DNA from: Spirochaetia bacterium | Lineage (GTDB): Bacteria > Spirochaetota > Spirochaetia > SZUA-6 > Bin103 | Assembly: GCA_965203905.1 (NCBI GenBank) | Contig: CBDBDQ010000005.1 | Coordinates: forward strand, 2,528,001 to 2,592,000 | DNA: 64,000 nt | Reading direction: 5' to 3' | Part shown: positions 31,887 to 46,746 of the stretch, piece after piece | How the letters are laid out: every line of letters starts with the position of its first letter | Numbering within the stretch: the first letter of the stretch is position 1 | Program-made: the position numbers and the translations under genes | Notes under the pieces: model-generated | The model's input: the letters and a program-made list of their open reading frames with translations, nothing else | The model's database searches: none | Told to the model about the DNA's origin: nothing

Positions 31887-33347
31887 TCAGGGCAGCAGGG
31901 TCGTGCCCATCAGGTAGCGGTCGCACTCGCGCGCGGCGCCGCGTCCCTCCATGATGGCCCACACCACCAGGCTGGCGCCGCGGCGGATGTCGCCGGCGGC
32001 GAACACGCCTTCCACGTTGGTGGCGAACTTGCCGTAGGCGGCGGCGGCGTTGGAGCGGTCGTCACGCTCCAGGCGAAGCTGCTCCAGCACCCGGTCCTCC
32101 GGGCCCAGGAATCCCATCGACAGCAGCACCAGTCCTGTCGATATCGCGCGTTCGCTGCCGGCTACCGGCTGCGGTCCGCCGCCGCTCCATTCCACGTCCA
32201 CCAGGTGGGTGGCGCTCACCCGGCCGCCGGCGTCGCCGGAAAAGTGCTGCGCGGTAACGCTGTAGACCCGCGGGTCCCGGCCGAAGGCGGCGGCAACCTC
32301 CTCCTGGCCGTAGTCGGGGAGCGAGGTGCGTCCGAACTGCGGCCACGGCAGGGCGGCCGGGAACTCGGGCACGATCTCGATCTGGGTCAGCGAGCGGCAT
32401 CCCTGGCGCATGGCGGTGCCGACGCAGTCGGTACCGGTGTCGCCGCCGCCGATCACCAGCACGTCCTTGCCGGCGGCGTCGATCGTGGGGCGCCCGCCGG
32501 CGCCGTCGAGCAGCCAACGGGTATTGACCGTGAGGTATTCCATCGCCTGGTGGATGCCGTCGAGCTCGCGTCCGGGGATCGGCAGGTCACGCGGCTTGGT
32601 GGCGCCGCAGCACAGCACTACCGCATCGAACCGTTGCCGCAGCTCCGGGCCGGGAAGGTCGCGCCCGACCTCGACGCCGGCGACGAACTCCACGCCGGAG
32701 TCGCGCATCAGCTGTACGCGCCGGTCGACCAGGTGCTTCTCCAGCTTCATGTTGGGGATGCCGTACATCAGCAGGCCGCCGATGCGGTCGGCGCGCTCGT
32801 AGACCGTCACCAGGTGCCCCGCCTTGTTGAGCTGGTCGGCGCAGGCCAGCCCGGCGGGACCGGAGCCGACCACCGCAACCCGCTTGCCGGTGCGCACCGC
32901 GGGCGGCGTGGCGCGCACCCACCCCTCGTCGAAGCCGCGCTCGATGATCGCCCACTCGGTGTTCTTGATGGTGACCGCGGGCTCGATGATTGCCAGCACG
33001 CAGGCCGACTCGCACGGTGCAGGGCACACCTTGCCGGTGAATTCCGGGAAGTTGTTGGTCTTGTGCAGCCGCTCCAGGGCGTCCTGCCACAGGCCGCGGT
33101 ACACCAGGTCGTTCCACTCGGGGATCAGGTTGTTGAGCGGACAGCCCACCGTCTGGCGGGTGTCGGCGCGTCCGGCGCCCGTGTGACAGAACGGTGTGCC
33201 GCAGTCCATGCAGCGCGACGCCTGCGCCTGCAACTGCCCCTCGGGGGCGTGGCCGTGGAAGTCCTGCCAGTCCGCGATCCGCTCCGCCGGCGCCCGGTCG
33301 GGCGGCAGACTGCGTTCTATCTCCTTGAATCCGGTCGGTTTACCCAT
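31887..33347 (-). CDS. gltD: Glutamate synthase small subunit
   Basis: [55 protein letters not shown]. Confidence 0.97.
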   Translation of the reverse strand: MGKPTGFKEIERSLPPDRAPAERIADWQDFHGHAPEGQLQAQASRCMDCGTPFCHTGAGRADTRQTVGCPLNNLIPEWNDLVYRGLWQDALERLHKTNNFPEFTGKVCPAPCESACVLAIIEPAVTIKNTEWAIIERGFDEGWVRATPPAVRTGKRVAVVGSGPAGLACADQLNKAGHLVTVYERADRIGGLLMYGIPNMKLEKHLVDRRVQLMRDSGVEFVAGVEVGRDLPGPELRQRFDAVVLCCGATKPRDLPIPGRELDGIHQAMEYLTVNTRWLLDGAGGRPTIDAAGKDVLVIGGGDTGTDCVGTAMRQGCRSLTQIEIVPEFPAALPWPQFGRTSLPDYGQEEVAAAFGRDPRVYSVTAQHFSGDAGGRVSATHLVDVEWSGGGPQPVAGSERAISTGLVLLSMGFLGPEDRVLEQLRLERDDRSNAAAAYGKFATNVEGVFAAGDIRRGASLVVWAIMEGRGAARECDRYLMGTTLLP

Positions 33348-33366
33348 GGCGGTTCGTGTCGTCTGC

Positions 33367-38064
<4,698 letters not shown>

Positions 38065-38267
38065 GCTATATTCCGCTCGTTTCGTCCTTCTTCGGGAGCG
38101 GTTACCACTATCCTCCGATTTGGTCAGTACAGGGAAAGACGGGTGCAGCCACGCCACGCGCTACTGCTGCGGCAGGTGCCGCGTCGTCTCGTGCGCCGCG
38201 TTCAACTCGCGCTGCGCGCGCCTCCGGCATACGCGCGACCGCGGTCGGCCACGCCGCCAGAGACGCT

Positions 38268-38297
38268 ACCATACGTGAATTACCCGAATCTCGTCAA
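38268..38297 (-). promoter_or_regulatory. Putative gltB promoter (about 195-nt 5' UTR)
   Basis: Minus strand TTGACG (38297-38292)-18 nt-TATGGT (38273-38268) in a locally AT-rich patch. Confidence 0.5.
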
Positions 38298-38388
38298 TCT
38301 TTTTCCGGGAGACATCGGGAGACGGTGAGCACTCCGTAGCCGGGCGGGTTTGCAGCGCGGCGGCCGGTGGGGCGAGGGCCAGTCGGTT

Positions 38389-39153
38389 TCACGCGCCGGG
38401 GGAGTCAGCGCGGTGCCAGATGCCGGCCGCAACGAGCTCGGCGGTGGCGCGATCGGCCCAGCCGCGGTTGGCGGCGGGACTGGCCGGACTGGGATGCAGA
38501 ATCTGCACCCAGCACGGGCGTTCGGCGGGGGTGATCCGCTCGGCGACGCGTTGCGCGGCGTGCGTCGCGAAGGCACCGACGCCGACCAGCCAGCGCGGCC
38601 GCAGCTGGCGGACCAGGTGCTGCAGGTGGTCGTCGCACAGCGCCAGCAGCGGCTCACGTTCGGCCGCCGGCAGCTTTTCGGGGGTGCGGTTGCGCCCGGA
38701 CGCTTCGAGAAACATCAGGGGACAGTAGTTGACCACGTAGTGGTGGCGGAAGAAGCTCTCCGGCTGCCCGAAGCGGTCGCGGAACAGGCCCCACAGGCGG
38801 CTGCCGCTCACCTCCCGCCGGCGGCAGCGGAAGCCCTCGACCGGGCGCCGCGGATGGGAATTCTCCGGGGTGCGGACCTGGCAGTCGATCCCCAGCCACT
38901 CGCGTACCAGCCCCACGTCTCCGAACGGCACGCCGGTCTGCGCCATCCCGAACGGTCCCGGATTCATCCCCAGGAACAGGGTCCGGGCGTGGCGCGGTGC
39001 GTAGCGTTCGACATAGGCGCGGAATCCGCACCAGGCGTATTCCAGCGGCGCATACACGGTGTGGACCGGGGCGGCGAAGCGCAGTCGCGAGAGCGCGGTT
39101 GCCAACTCTCGCGCCGCATCCAGCAGTGGCGCCGCGGCGCCGCCGCCGGTCAC
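38389..39153 (-). CDS. SMUG1-family (family 3) uracil-DNA glycosylase
   Basis: GMNPGPFGMAQTGVPFG, EVSGSRLW, NYCPL, HPSPASP. Confidence 0.93.
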   Translation of the reverse strand: MTGGGAAAPLLDAARELATALSRLRFAAPVHTVYAPLEYAWCGFRAYVERYAPRHARTLFLGMNPGPFGMAQTGVPFGDVGLVREWLGIDCQVRTPENSHPRRPVEGFRCRRREVSGSRLWGLFRDRFGQPESFFRHHYVVNYCPLMFLEASGRNRTPEKLPAAEREPLLALCDDHLQHLVRQLRPRWLVGVGAFATHAAQRVAERITPAERPCWVQILHPSPASPAANRGWADRATAELVAAGIWHRADSPGA

Positions 39154-39437
39154 GGGTAGGGCTCCGCGCCGCGGACCTCCGCGGCGGTGCAGGAGCCGCG
39201 GGTGCGGTACTCCGGCTGAGCGGCGACGCTGCGGTGGCCGACCGGCTCACTGTAGGCGCTTGCAAACGGCGCGCGTGGCTGCGGTACGTTCATCGGGGCT
39301 GGGGCCGGATCCTCCTGGGGCGTGACCGTATCCTGCCCGTGCCCGCGCGACAACTCACGGTGCGCGCCGGTGCGCCGGTGGTGGCTTGCGGTTGCCGGCT
39401 TCCTCGGTAACACTGCTCCTCGACCGGCAACCCTACC

Positions 39438-40805
39438 ATGGCCATCAGCAACGACGTTCTGCCATTTCGGGCGCTGCACTACGACCCGCAGCGCGTCGAC
39501 GACATCGGACTGTGCCTGTCGCAGCCCTACGACGTGATCTCGCCGGAGATGCAGGCGGACTACTACCGGCAACATCCCTGCAACGTCGTGCGCCTCATCC
39601 TGGGGCGCCAGCACACCAGCGATACCGATACCGACAACCGCTACACGCGCGCGGCCGCCACCCTCGACGACTGGCTGCGCCGCGGCGTCCTGCGGCACAC
39701 GCGACGGCCGTCGTTCTGGGTGTATGAACAGCAGTTCGACCTGCCGCAGATCGGGAAGCGCCGGGTCACCGGATTCATCGGCCTGGTGCGCCTGCAGGAT
39801 TACGCCGCCGGCGCCATCCTCCCGCATGAAAAGGTAATGCGCGGCGTGGTAGAAGACCGCCTGCAACTGATGCGCGCGAGCAACGTCCAGATGGAGTACA
39901 TCTGGTCGATCTACCAGGATCGGGCCTACGCCATAGACGACGTGCTCGAAGGGGTGGAGCCGGAGCCGCCGGTCATCGATCACCGCGAACAGGTACAGGG
40001 GGTACGTCATCGCCTGTGGCGGCTCACTGACCGGCAGCGCTGCGCCACCATCTCGCGGATGATGCGCGAGCGCACCATCTTCATCGCCGACGGCCACCAC
40101 CGCTACCAGACCATGCTCAGCTTCCGCGACGAGATGCGCCGCCGTCACCCCAACGCCGGGCCCGACGCGCCGTGGGAGTTCATCCTCATGTTCCTGGTGA
40201 ACAGCGAGCATCAGGGCCTGACGATTCTGCCGACCCATCGCGTCCTGCACGATCTGGGCATTGCCGATCGACGTCCGCTGGAAGGGCCGATCATGGAGCA
40301 CTTTCGGGTCAGGAAGTACACCCACACCGAGGCGGGTCGCGGTGAGGCGACCCGGCGCTGGCTGCGCGACCTGGCGGACGCCGAGCCGGGGGAACACAAG
40401 ATCGGGGCCTACATCCGCAACAGCGGCTGCTACTACCTGGCGACGTTGAAGGACGCGGAGGCCTACGAGCAGCTCGTCGACCTGGATTTCTCGTCACGCT
40501 GGAAGCGGCTGGACGTGAACATCCTCAACGTGCTGGTGCTGCAGCAGATCCTCGGCATCACCGAGTCCGAGCTCGACGGCGGCGCCACGGTGAGCTACAC
40601 CAAGAGCATCGACGACGCGTTGGCCGCGGTGGACCGGCGCACCGCCGACGTGGCGCTGTTGATGAATCCCACCCGGCTGGACGACGTACTGGAGATTGCC
40701 CGCACCGGCGAGCGAATGCCGCGCAAGTCCACCTACTTCTATCCCAAGCCGGTGTCCGGGCTGGTGTTCTACCCCATGGGTGAGGTAACCAGGACCGCCA
40801 GGTGA
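39438..40805 (+). CDS. DUF1015 domain protein
   Basis: PFRAL, PYDVI, ILPHE, IADGHHRY, PTHR, MPRKSTYFYPK. Confidence 0.9.
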   Translation: MAISNDVLPFRALHYDPQRVDDIGLCLSQPYDVISPEMQADYYRQHPCNVVRLILGRQHTSDTDTDNRYTRAAATLDDWLRRGVLRHTRRPSFWVYEQQFDLPQIGKRRVTGFIGLVRLQDYAAGAILPHEKVMRGVVEDRLQLMRASNVQMEYIWSIYQDRAYAIDDVLEGVEPEPPVIDHREQVQGVRHRLWRLTDRQRCATISRMMRERTIFIADGHHRYQTMLSFRDEMRRRHPNAGPDAPWEFILMFLVNSEHQGLTILPTHRVLHDLGIADRRPLEGPIMEHFRVRKYTHTEAGRGEATRRWLRDLADAEPGEHKIGAYIRNSGCYYLATLKDAEAYEQLVDLDFSSRWKRLDVNILNVLVLQQILGITESELDGGATVSYTKSIDDALAAVDRRTADVALLMNPTRLDDVLEIARTGERMPRKSTYFYPKPVSGLVFYPMGEVTRTAR

Positions 40806-43345
40806 GCCCGGGTAGGCGCGCGCCGGTGCCGGGGGCGCGGCGCCCACCGCGGGAGGCTGGAGTGGGCGGCGCCGTGGTGCGGGGCGCGGCGGCGTGGCTG
40901 GGGACGTTCTCGGCGCACGACGGGCCGGCGGCGCTGGCGCTGGCGGTGCTGGTGGTGGTGAGCTACTTCCCGGCCCTGCAGGGCGGCTTCGTGTGGGACG
41001 ACGTGATCTTCGCCGAGGAGCCGGTGATCCACTCCCCGGGCGCCCTGCGCAGCATCTGGTTCTCCCCCGCCGAGATCAAGAACGAAGGCCACTACTGGCC
41101 CCTGGTCTACACCAGCTTCTGGCTGGAGCACCGCCTGTGGGGCCTGCGGCCCGCCGGCTACCACGCCGTCAACCTCTTCCTGCACCTGCTCAACTGCCTG
41201 CTGCTGTGGCGCCTGCTGCGGCGCCTTGCGGTGCCCGGCGCGCTGCTGATCGCCGCGGTGTTCGCGGTGCACCCGCTGCACGTCGAGTCGGTGGCCTGGA
41301 TCATCGAGCGCAAGGACCTGCTGTCGGCGCTGTTCTACCTGGGCGCGGTGCTGGCCTGGCTGCGCCTGGTGGAGGTTGCGCGGGTGGGCCACTACCTGCT
41401 GCTGGTGCTGCTGTTCGCGGCGGGGCTGCTGAGCAAGTCGGTGGTGGTGACGCTGCCGCTGGCGCTGCTGCTGGTGCAGTGGTGGCGCCGTGGCCGGGTG
41501 ACGCGGCTGGATCTGCTGCGGGTGGCGCCGCTGGTGCTGCTCGGGGCGGTGATCACGGCGGCGGACCTGGCGTTCTACCGCGGGCGGGAGGTGCTGGAGC
41601 TGGGCTACACGCTGGCGGAGCGGATGCTGATCGCGGGGCGGGCGCTGTGGTTCTACGCCGGCAAGCTGGTGTGGCCGGTGGAGCTGGCGGTGATCTATCC
41701 GCTGTGGGAGATCGACGCGGGGTCGCTGGCGGGGTGGGCGTACGTGGCGGCGGCGGCCGGGTTGGCGCTGGCGCTGTGGCTCGGGCGGGAGCGGATCGGG
41801 CGCGGGCCGCTGGCGGGGGCGCTGTACTTCGCGCTGACGCTGGGGCCGGTGCTGGGGTTCGTGGACTACGGCTACATGCAGTTTTCGTTCGTGGCGGACC
41901 GCTTCCAGTACCTGGCGGGGATCGGGGTGCTGGCGGTGCTGCTGGGGGGCGCGGCGCACGGGGTGGGCAAGCTGGTGGCCGGGGAGCGCACGGGTACAAG
42001 TTTCGCGACGGGGCTGCGCCTCGGGGCGTGTGGGCTGGCAGCGGCGATCGTCGTGGTGGTGCTGGGCACGCTCACATGGCGCCAGGCGGGCATCTACCGC
42101 GACGAAGTAGCGCTGTTCAGCCACATCGTGGCACTCAATCCCGAGGCCCGCGACGCCCACCTCAACCTGGGCAATGCGTTGCTCGAAGCGGACCGCACCG
42201 AGGAAGGTCTTGCCGCCAGCCGCATCGCGGTGGAGCAGCGACCGGAGTCCGCCGACGCGCACTCCAACCTCGGTCTCGCGCTGTCGAATCTGGAGCGATT
42301 CACGGAGGCCGGAGAGTCGCTGCGCCGTGCCCTCGAGCTCGACCCGCGCCACAAGAGCGCACTGCAGAACACCGCGGAGCTGCTCAGGAAGCAGGAACAG
42401 TACGAGGCGGCGGTCGAGGCCTACCAGACCGTATTGGAGCGCGATCGCAGATACGCGCTGGCCTATGCCGGGATGGGAGATGCGCTGTTCAACCTGCAGC
42501 GCTACGAAGAGGCGCTGGCGTCGCTGACCCAGGCCCTCGTCCTGCAGCCGCGCCTGCCGATGGCCGGGGCCATGGAAGTGCTCATGGGTCGGGCATCTCG
42601 GGAGCTGGGACGGCTCGACGCGGCGGAGGGACACTTCCTGCGCGCCATGGAGCTCGATCCGGGCGACGCAACGCCGGTGCTGGACCTGGCCGGGCTGCGC
42701 GCCCAGCAGCAACGTCACGAGGAGGCCGACGAGCTGCTGCGCCGTGCCCGCGAGTTGCGGCCGCACGACCCGGCGACCCTGCAGAACGTGGCCGAGGCGC
42801 TGCGGAAACAGGAGCGCTACGAGGAAGCACTGCCGGCGTACCGCGCGGTGCTGGAACTCGACGCCGACTATGCGCTGGCCCATGCCGGCATGGGCGATGC
42901 GTTGTTTCGCCTCGGGCGTTACGAAGAGGCGCTGGAGGCACTGGCGCGGGCGGCGACCCTGCAGCCGGACCTGCCGATGGCGGGATCTCTGTACCGTCTC
43001 ATGGGCCGCGCGGCGCAGGAATTGGGTCGGCCCGACGCGGCCGACCACTTCGAGCGTGCCGTGCAGCTTGACCCGCGCGACGCGGAGGCGCTCGATCGCC
43101 TGGCGATGCTGCGTTTCGGGGAGCAGCATTACGAGACGGCGTTCGACCTGTACCGGAGCTTGCTCGAAGTCAATCCGGACAACGCGCAGACCCACTCCAA
43201 CCTCGGTGCCACGCTGTACTACCTGGGACGGCCGGAGGAGGCGTTGCAAAGCTTCGAACGCGCCCTCGCTCTGGCCCCGGAGTTGGAGACCGCGCGGACC
43301 GGCCGCGACCAGCTACGCCAGATAATGCGCCAGCAAGCGCCGTAA
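40802..43345 (+). CDS. TMTC-like GT-C membrane glycosyltransferase with C-terminal TPR array
   Basis: GFVWDD, YWPL, FAVHPLHVESVAWI, LLSK, ADRFQY across many TMs, then about 11-12 TPRs. Start is uncertain. Confidence 0.85.
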   Translation: MSPGRRAPVPGARRPPREAGVGGAVVRGAAAWLGTFSAHDGPAALALAVLVVVSYFPALQGGFVWDDVIFAEEPVIHSPGALRSIWFSPAEIKNEGHYWPLVYTSFWLEHRLWGLRPAGYHAVNLFLHLLNCLLLWRLLRRLAVPGALLIAAVFAVHPLHVESVAWIIERKDLLSALFYLGAVLAWLRLVEVARVGHYLLLVLLFAAGLLSKSVVVTLPLALLLVQWWRRGRVTRLDLLRVAPLVLLGAVITAADLAFYRGREVLELGYTLAERMLIAGRALWFYAGKLVWPVELAVIYPLWEIDAGSLAGWAYVAAAAGLALALWLGRERIGRGPLAGALYFALTLGPVLGFVDYGYMQFSFVADRFQYLAGIGVLAVLLGGAAHGVGKLVAGERTGTSFATGLRLGACGLAAAIVVVVLGTLTWRQAGIYRDEVALFSHIVALNPEARDAHLNLGNALLEADRTEEGLAASRIAVEQRPESADAHSNLGLALSNLERFTEAGESLRRALELDPRHKSALQNTAELLRKQEQYEAAVEAYQTVLERDRRYALAYAGMGDALFNLQRYEEALASLTQALVLQPRLPMAGAMEVLMGRASRELGRLDAAEGHFLRAMELDPGDATPVLDLAGLRAQQQRHEEADELLRRARELRPHDPATLQNVAEALRKQERYEEALPAYRAVLELDADYALAHAGMGDALFRLGRYEEALEALARAATLQPDLPMAGSLYRLMGRAAQELGRPDAADHFERAVQLDPRDAEALDRLAMLRFGEQHYETAFDLYRSLLEVNPDNAQTHSNLGATLYYLGRPEEALQSFERALALAPELETARTGRDQLRQIMRQQAP

Positions 43346-43402
43346 TTACTTGTAAGAAAGCACATTCTGCCGTGCCTCCGGGGCCACGCAACGGGTCCTT
43401 GA

Positions 43403-43431
43403 TTGACAGTCGTGGCAGTGCGGCATAGCCT
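43403..43431 (+). promoter_or_regulatory. Sigma70-type promoter of the COG3014-lpoB operon
   Basis: TTGACA (43403-43408)-17 nt-TAGCCT (43426-43431). Confidence 0.65.
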
Positions 43432-43447
43432 GGAATACAAGACACGC

Positions 43448-44887
43448 GTGCGTTTTTGCAGTTGGATCGCCTCCCCTTACGCCCGCACGAGAGCCCCGGC
43501 GCTGGTTTGTCTTGCGGCCGCTCTCTGCGGTTGCGCCGGCATCTCGGAGATTCGCGAGACCGAGTTGTTTCTCGGTGAGTACTTCGCCGGCGAGTACGAA
43601 CAGGCGAGCACGGTCCTCGGCGGCGACTCGGGCCTCGATTACGACGCCGAGCAGCTTCTGACCTCCCTGCACCTGGCCATGGCACTGCGCGCGGCGGGCA
43701 GATTCGCGGACTCGCAGACCGCTTTCGATCGCGCCGAGTCGCAGCTGCTGTGGAAATCGGACGAGATCACCAGCGTCGAGGACCTGCTGGCCGCGGGGTT
43801 CACCCTGGTGGGCAACGATCTGATGGTGTCCTACCAGGGGACGATCTACGACGGCGTTTTGGTCAATACCTTCAAGGCACTGAACGCCATGCATGGCGGT
43901 GACCTGGCGCGCGCCCGCGTGGAGGCGAACCGGGCCGACCAGCGACAGGAGAACGCCGTGCATCAGCTTGCCGCCAAGGTGGCGGCGCTGGGGGGTGGCG
44001 AGGAAGACGAGGAGCAATACCAGGAGCAGGTCAACCGCTCGATGCAGGAGGTGATGGACCCCGAGGGACCGGTGGCCGCGCGCTTGCAGGCGGTGGAGTC
44101 CCTGGGGCGCTACCGCGGGCTGCGTAACCCGTTCACCGACTGGCTGCACGGCGTGTTCCGGCTGGCGTCAGGCGAGGCGAACCGTGCTTCCAACCTGTTC
44201 CGCAATGCCGCAGTCCTCGAAGGCCGGCGCAACAGTCACGTGCTCGCCGATCTGGTGGAGGCCGAGCGGGTCGCGAGCGGCGGAGCACGAACCGATGGCC
44301 GGGTGTGGGTGATCCACGAGGATGGCACCGGACCCTACCTGGAGGCGTTCCGCTTCGACCTGCCCATATACACCGGCGACGGGGTGCTCGTGGTCTCCAC
44401 CGCGTTGCCGGAGTTTCGCCGCGGAGCGCCGGCGGCGGGTTCGCTGCAGATTCACGTAGCCGGACAGGAGTACCAAACCGAGTTGCTTCTGGACGTGGAC
44501 CGCTACGCCGCCACCGAATTCCGGGCCGGCTACGACTCGGTGGTGTTCAAGGCGGTGGCGGGGACGGTGATCCGGAGCCTGATCCAACTGGAGATCCAGC
44601 GCCAGTCGCGCGAGCACGGCGGCCTGGCATCGGTTCTGAATGTAGTAGCTCCCATCGCCAGCGCCGTGGTGACCCAGGCCGACATCCGCATCTGGCGGGC
44701 GCTGCCGCGGTCGATCGGGGTGGCGAGCCTGGTACGGCCGGATGACGGCCGGATGCGGATCAGCGCGGGGCCGGGGGCGGCGCGGGAGCTCATCCTGCCG
44801 CCGGGACGATTCGTCCTGGTTGTGGTAAAGACTATTCGTGCGGACGTGCCACCAGCCGTCCACGTCGCCGCGTTCGGCAATGAGTAA
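43448..44887 (+). CDS. COG3014-family lipoprotein
   Basis: Lipobox LCG-C; SYQGTIYDGVLVNTFKALN, ARVEANR, WVIHEDG, ADIRIWRALP; adjacent to lpoB. Start reassigned to GTG 43448. Confidence 0.8.
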   Translation: MRFCSWIASPYARTRAPALVCLAAALCGCAGISEIRETELFLGEYFAGEYEQASTVLGGDSGLDYDAEQLLTSLHLAMALRAAGRFADSQTAFDRAESQLLWKSDEITSVEDLLAAGFTLVGNDLMVSYQGTIYDGVLVNTFKALNAMHGGDLARARVEANRADQRQENAVHQLAAKVAALGGGEEDEEQYQEQVNRSMQEVMDPEGPVAARLQAVESLGRYRGLRNPFTDWLHGVFRLASGEANRASNLFRNAAVLEGRRNSHVLADLVEAERVASGGARTDGRVWVIHEDGTGPYLEAFRFDLPIYTGDGVLVVSTALPEFRRGAPAAGSLQIHVAGQEYQTELLLDVDRYAATEFRAGYDSVVFKAVAGTVIRSLIQLEIQRQSREHGGLASVLNVVAPIASAVVTQADIRIWRALPRSIGVASLVRPDDGRMRISAGPGAARELILPPGRFVLVVVKTIRADVPPAVHVAAFGNE

Positions 44888-44926
44888 CTTAGGTGCAGGG
44901 AGCACCTCACCGAGGAGGAGGAATCA

Positions 44927-45622
44927 ATGAATCAGAACGGGCAGAGCCTCACGCCGACGACCGATGCTCGGGCAGCGTCGGGCGGCCGGTCGTCGCGGGC
45001 CCCATCATTCATCGGGCTGGCCATCGTCGCCGCCGTGGTAGTGCTGGCCGGTTGCCGAACCACGCCGGTCTATCTGGATACCGAAGGCCCGCCGCCGCAG
45101 CCCGGGGAGACGACCACGCTGGGCCTCGACTATCGCGACTTCGAGTTCGCCGCGGGGGAGGCGGTGGAGTCGTTCCTGAGCAGCCCGCTGTCGCGCAAGC
45201 CCGGCAGTACGGCGCCGTGGGTAATGGCGATCAGCCGCATGATCAACGATACCACGCTCAACATCGACACCGACCAGCTGGTCAAGAAGATCCGGGTCGA
45301 CCTGCTCAACAGCGGGCGCGTGATCGTGACCACCGCGGTGGGTCTGGAGGGACCGGAAGATCCCTTGAGCGCAAAGACCCGTGAGCTGCAGGACTCGGAA
45401 CTGTTCAACCAGGAGACCGTGGCCCAGGACGGCACCATGGTGGCACCGGAGCTGAGCCTCTCGGGCAAGATCATCCAGCGCAGCAACGTGATCGACGGCA
45501 AGCAACAGGTGGACTACTACTTCCAGCTTACCGCGACCAACATCGAGACCGGCCTGGCCTACTGGGAGTTCGAGCAGGTGATCGCCAAGCTCGGCGACAA
45601 CCAGCGGTTCTCGTGGGAATAA
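44927..45622 (+). CDS. lpoB: Penicillin-binding protein activator LpoB-like lipoprotein
   Basis: Lipobox LAG-C; LDYRDF, NDTTLNIDTD, LLNSGR, LSGKI, DYYFQL...TGLAYW; SD GGAGGAGG. Confidence 0.8.
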   Translation: MNQNGQSLTPTTDARAASGGRSSRAPSFIGLAIVAAVVVLAGCRTTPVYLDTEGPPPQPGETTTLGLDYRDFEFAAGEAVESFLSSPLSRKPGSTAPWVMAISRMINDTTLNIDTDQLVKKIRVDLLNSGRVIVTTAVGLEGPEDPLSAKTRELQDSELFNQETVAQDGTMVAPELSLSGKIIQRSNVIDGKQQVDYYFQLTATNIETGLAYWEFEQVIAKLGDNQRFSWE

Positions 45623-45663
45623 TGGCGCGCTGACGGCACGGCGCGCGGCGCCGGGAGTGGTGC

Positions 45664-46587
45664 ATGGATAAGCGGAGGAAACGGTACCCAGCGCGCATGG
45701 CGCTGCTTGTTGGCGGCGGAGTGCTGTGGTGGTTCGTATTGGCGGGCGGCGGGTACGCGCTGACCGCGACGGGACCTGGCGCGGCGGTGGAACGGCAGCG
45801 GCTCGCGGTGCTCGATTTCGCACTGGACGAGGTCTACCTGCAAGGCGTCGGCGACAACCGCGAGCACCGCAGCGGCCGGAGCGTGCTGCGGGGTGGCGCG
45901 GCACTGGATTTCGAGCTGCGACGCGATCTGCGGGAGCGGTTGCGGACTCGGATCGAGGAATTTCTGCTCCCGGGGCAACGTCTCGCGGTGCTCGGTCGTC
46001 GCGCCGCCGAGTTCGGGTCAGTCGCCGTCGATTCCGAGGAGGCGGCGCGGCGTGGCCAGTCGGTGGGCGCCGACCAGGTGCTGTACGGGACCGTGGACCG
46101 CCTCGAGGTGCGGCAACGACGTAAGCGGATCCAGCTTACCGGAGAGATCGTTTCGCACCTGGTGGCTACGGCGCGCGTGCGCTTCTCGGTGCTGGCCGTC
46201 GCCACCCGACAGACAATCTGGTCATCCTCGTTGGAGTTGCAATGGGTCGTCGAGGACGAGCTTCGTCCCGAACGGGTTGCGGATGGACTGCTCGATGAAC
46301 TGGCCGTACGCATTGGGGACGCGGTGTCCGACCTCGGGCAGCCCGAGTCCACCGTGGGCGGCACCAGGATTACGCGCGTGAAACCGAGGCATAGCGTCGT
46401 GCACATGGTCACCGAGTTCGCGGGCGGCGCGGTTCACGGCGGACTGCAGCCGAACTATCGCCGCATCGACGGTGACCGGGACCGGGACGGCCTGCCGGAC
46501 TATCTGAACCGCGATGCACAGACCGGCGACGCCAACAACGACGGTCTCCCGGACTATCTGAACCGGGACAACCTTCGGCGCAGGTAG
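45664..46587 (+). CDS. Exported CsgG/TolB-N-like protein with C-terminal Ca-binding-type DxDG repeats
   Basis: Signal-like N terminus; LAVLDF ... GQSVGADQVLYGTV; tail DRDRDGLPDYLNRD / DANNDGLPDYLNRD. Confidence 0.65.
   Translation: MDKRRKRYPARMALLVGGGVLWWFVLAGGGYALTATGPGAAVERQRLAVLDFALDEVYLQGVGDNREHRSGRSVLRGGAALDFELRRDLRERLRTRIEEFLLPGQRLAVLGRRAAEFGSVAVDSEEAARRGQSVGADQVLYGTVDRLEVRQRRKRIQLTGEIVSHLVATARVRFSVLAVATRQTIWSSSLELQWVVEDELRPERVADGLLDELAVRIGDAVSDLGQPESTVGGTRITRVKPRHSVVHMVTEFAGGAVHGGLQPNYRRIDGDRDRDGLPDYLNRDAQTGDANNDGLPDYLNRDNLRRR
46486..46569 (+). repeat. Two 30-nt direct repeats, 54 nt apart, encoding DGLPDYLNRD
   Basis: GACGGCCTGCCGGACTATCTGAACCGCGAT (46486) and GACGGTCTCCCGGACTATCTGAACCGGGAC (46540). 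Confidence 0.85.
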
Positions 46588-46746
46588 CAGAGCGAGGGTT
46601 GTCGGCGCCGGCGCCGTGGCCGAGCGGGCGGCCGGCGTTTCGTATCAGGTGATTCATGGACGGGTATTCCTGTATTATGGGTGCGGGTTCGCACCCCGTG
46701 ACATCGTGCGATTGGGGACTCCGCTACCGGTTACGGAGGAAGATTG

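Noticed and set aside
40769-43249. 826-aa antisense and 725-aa alternative-frame ORFs over the TPR gene (similar shadows over ccsA, fucI and gltB)
   Set aside because: Stop-poor shadow frames expected at high GC3; the annotated frames carry the family motifs.
43403-43447. TTG start at 43403 from the ORF track
   Set aside because: The TTG is the start of a TTGACA -35 box; GTG 43448 gives a more plausible lipoprotein signal.
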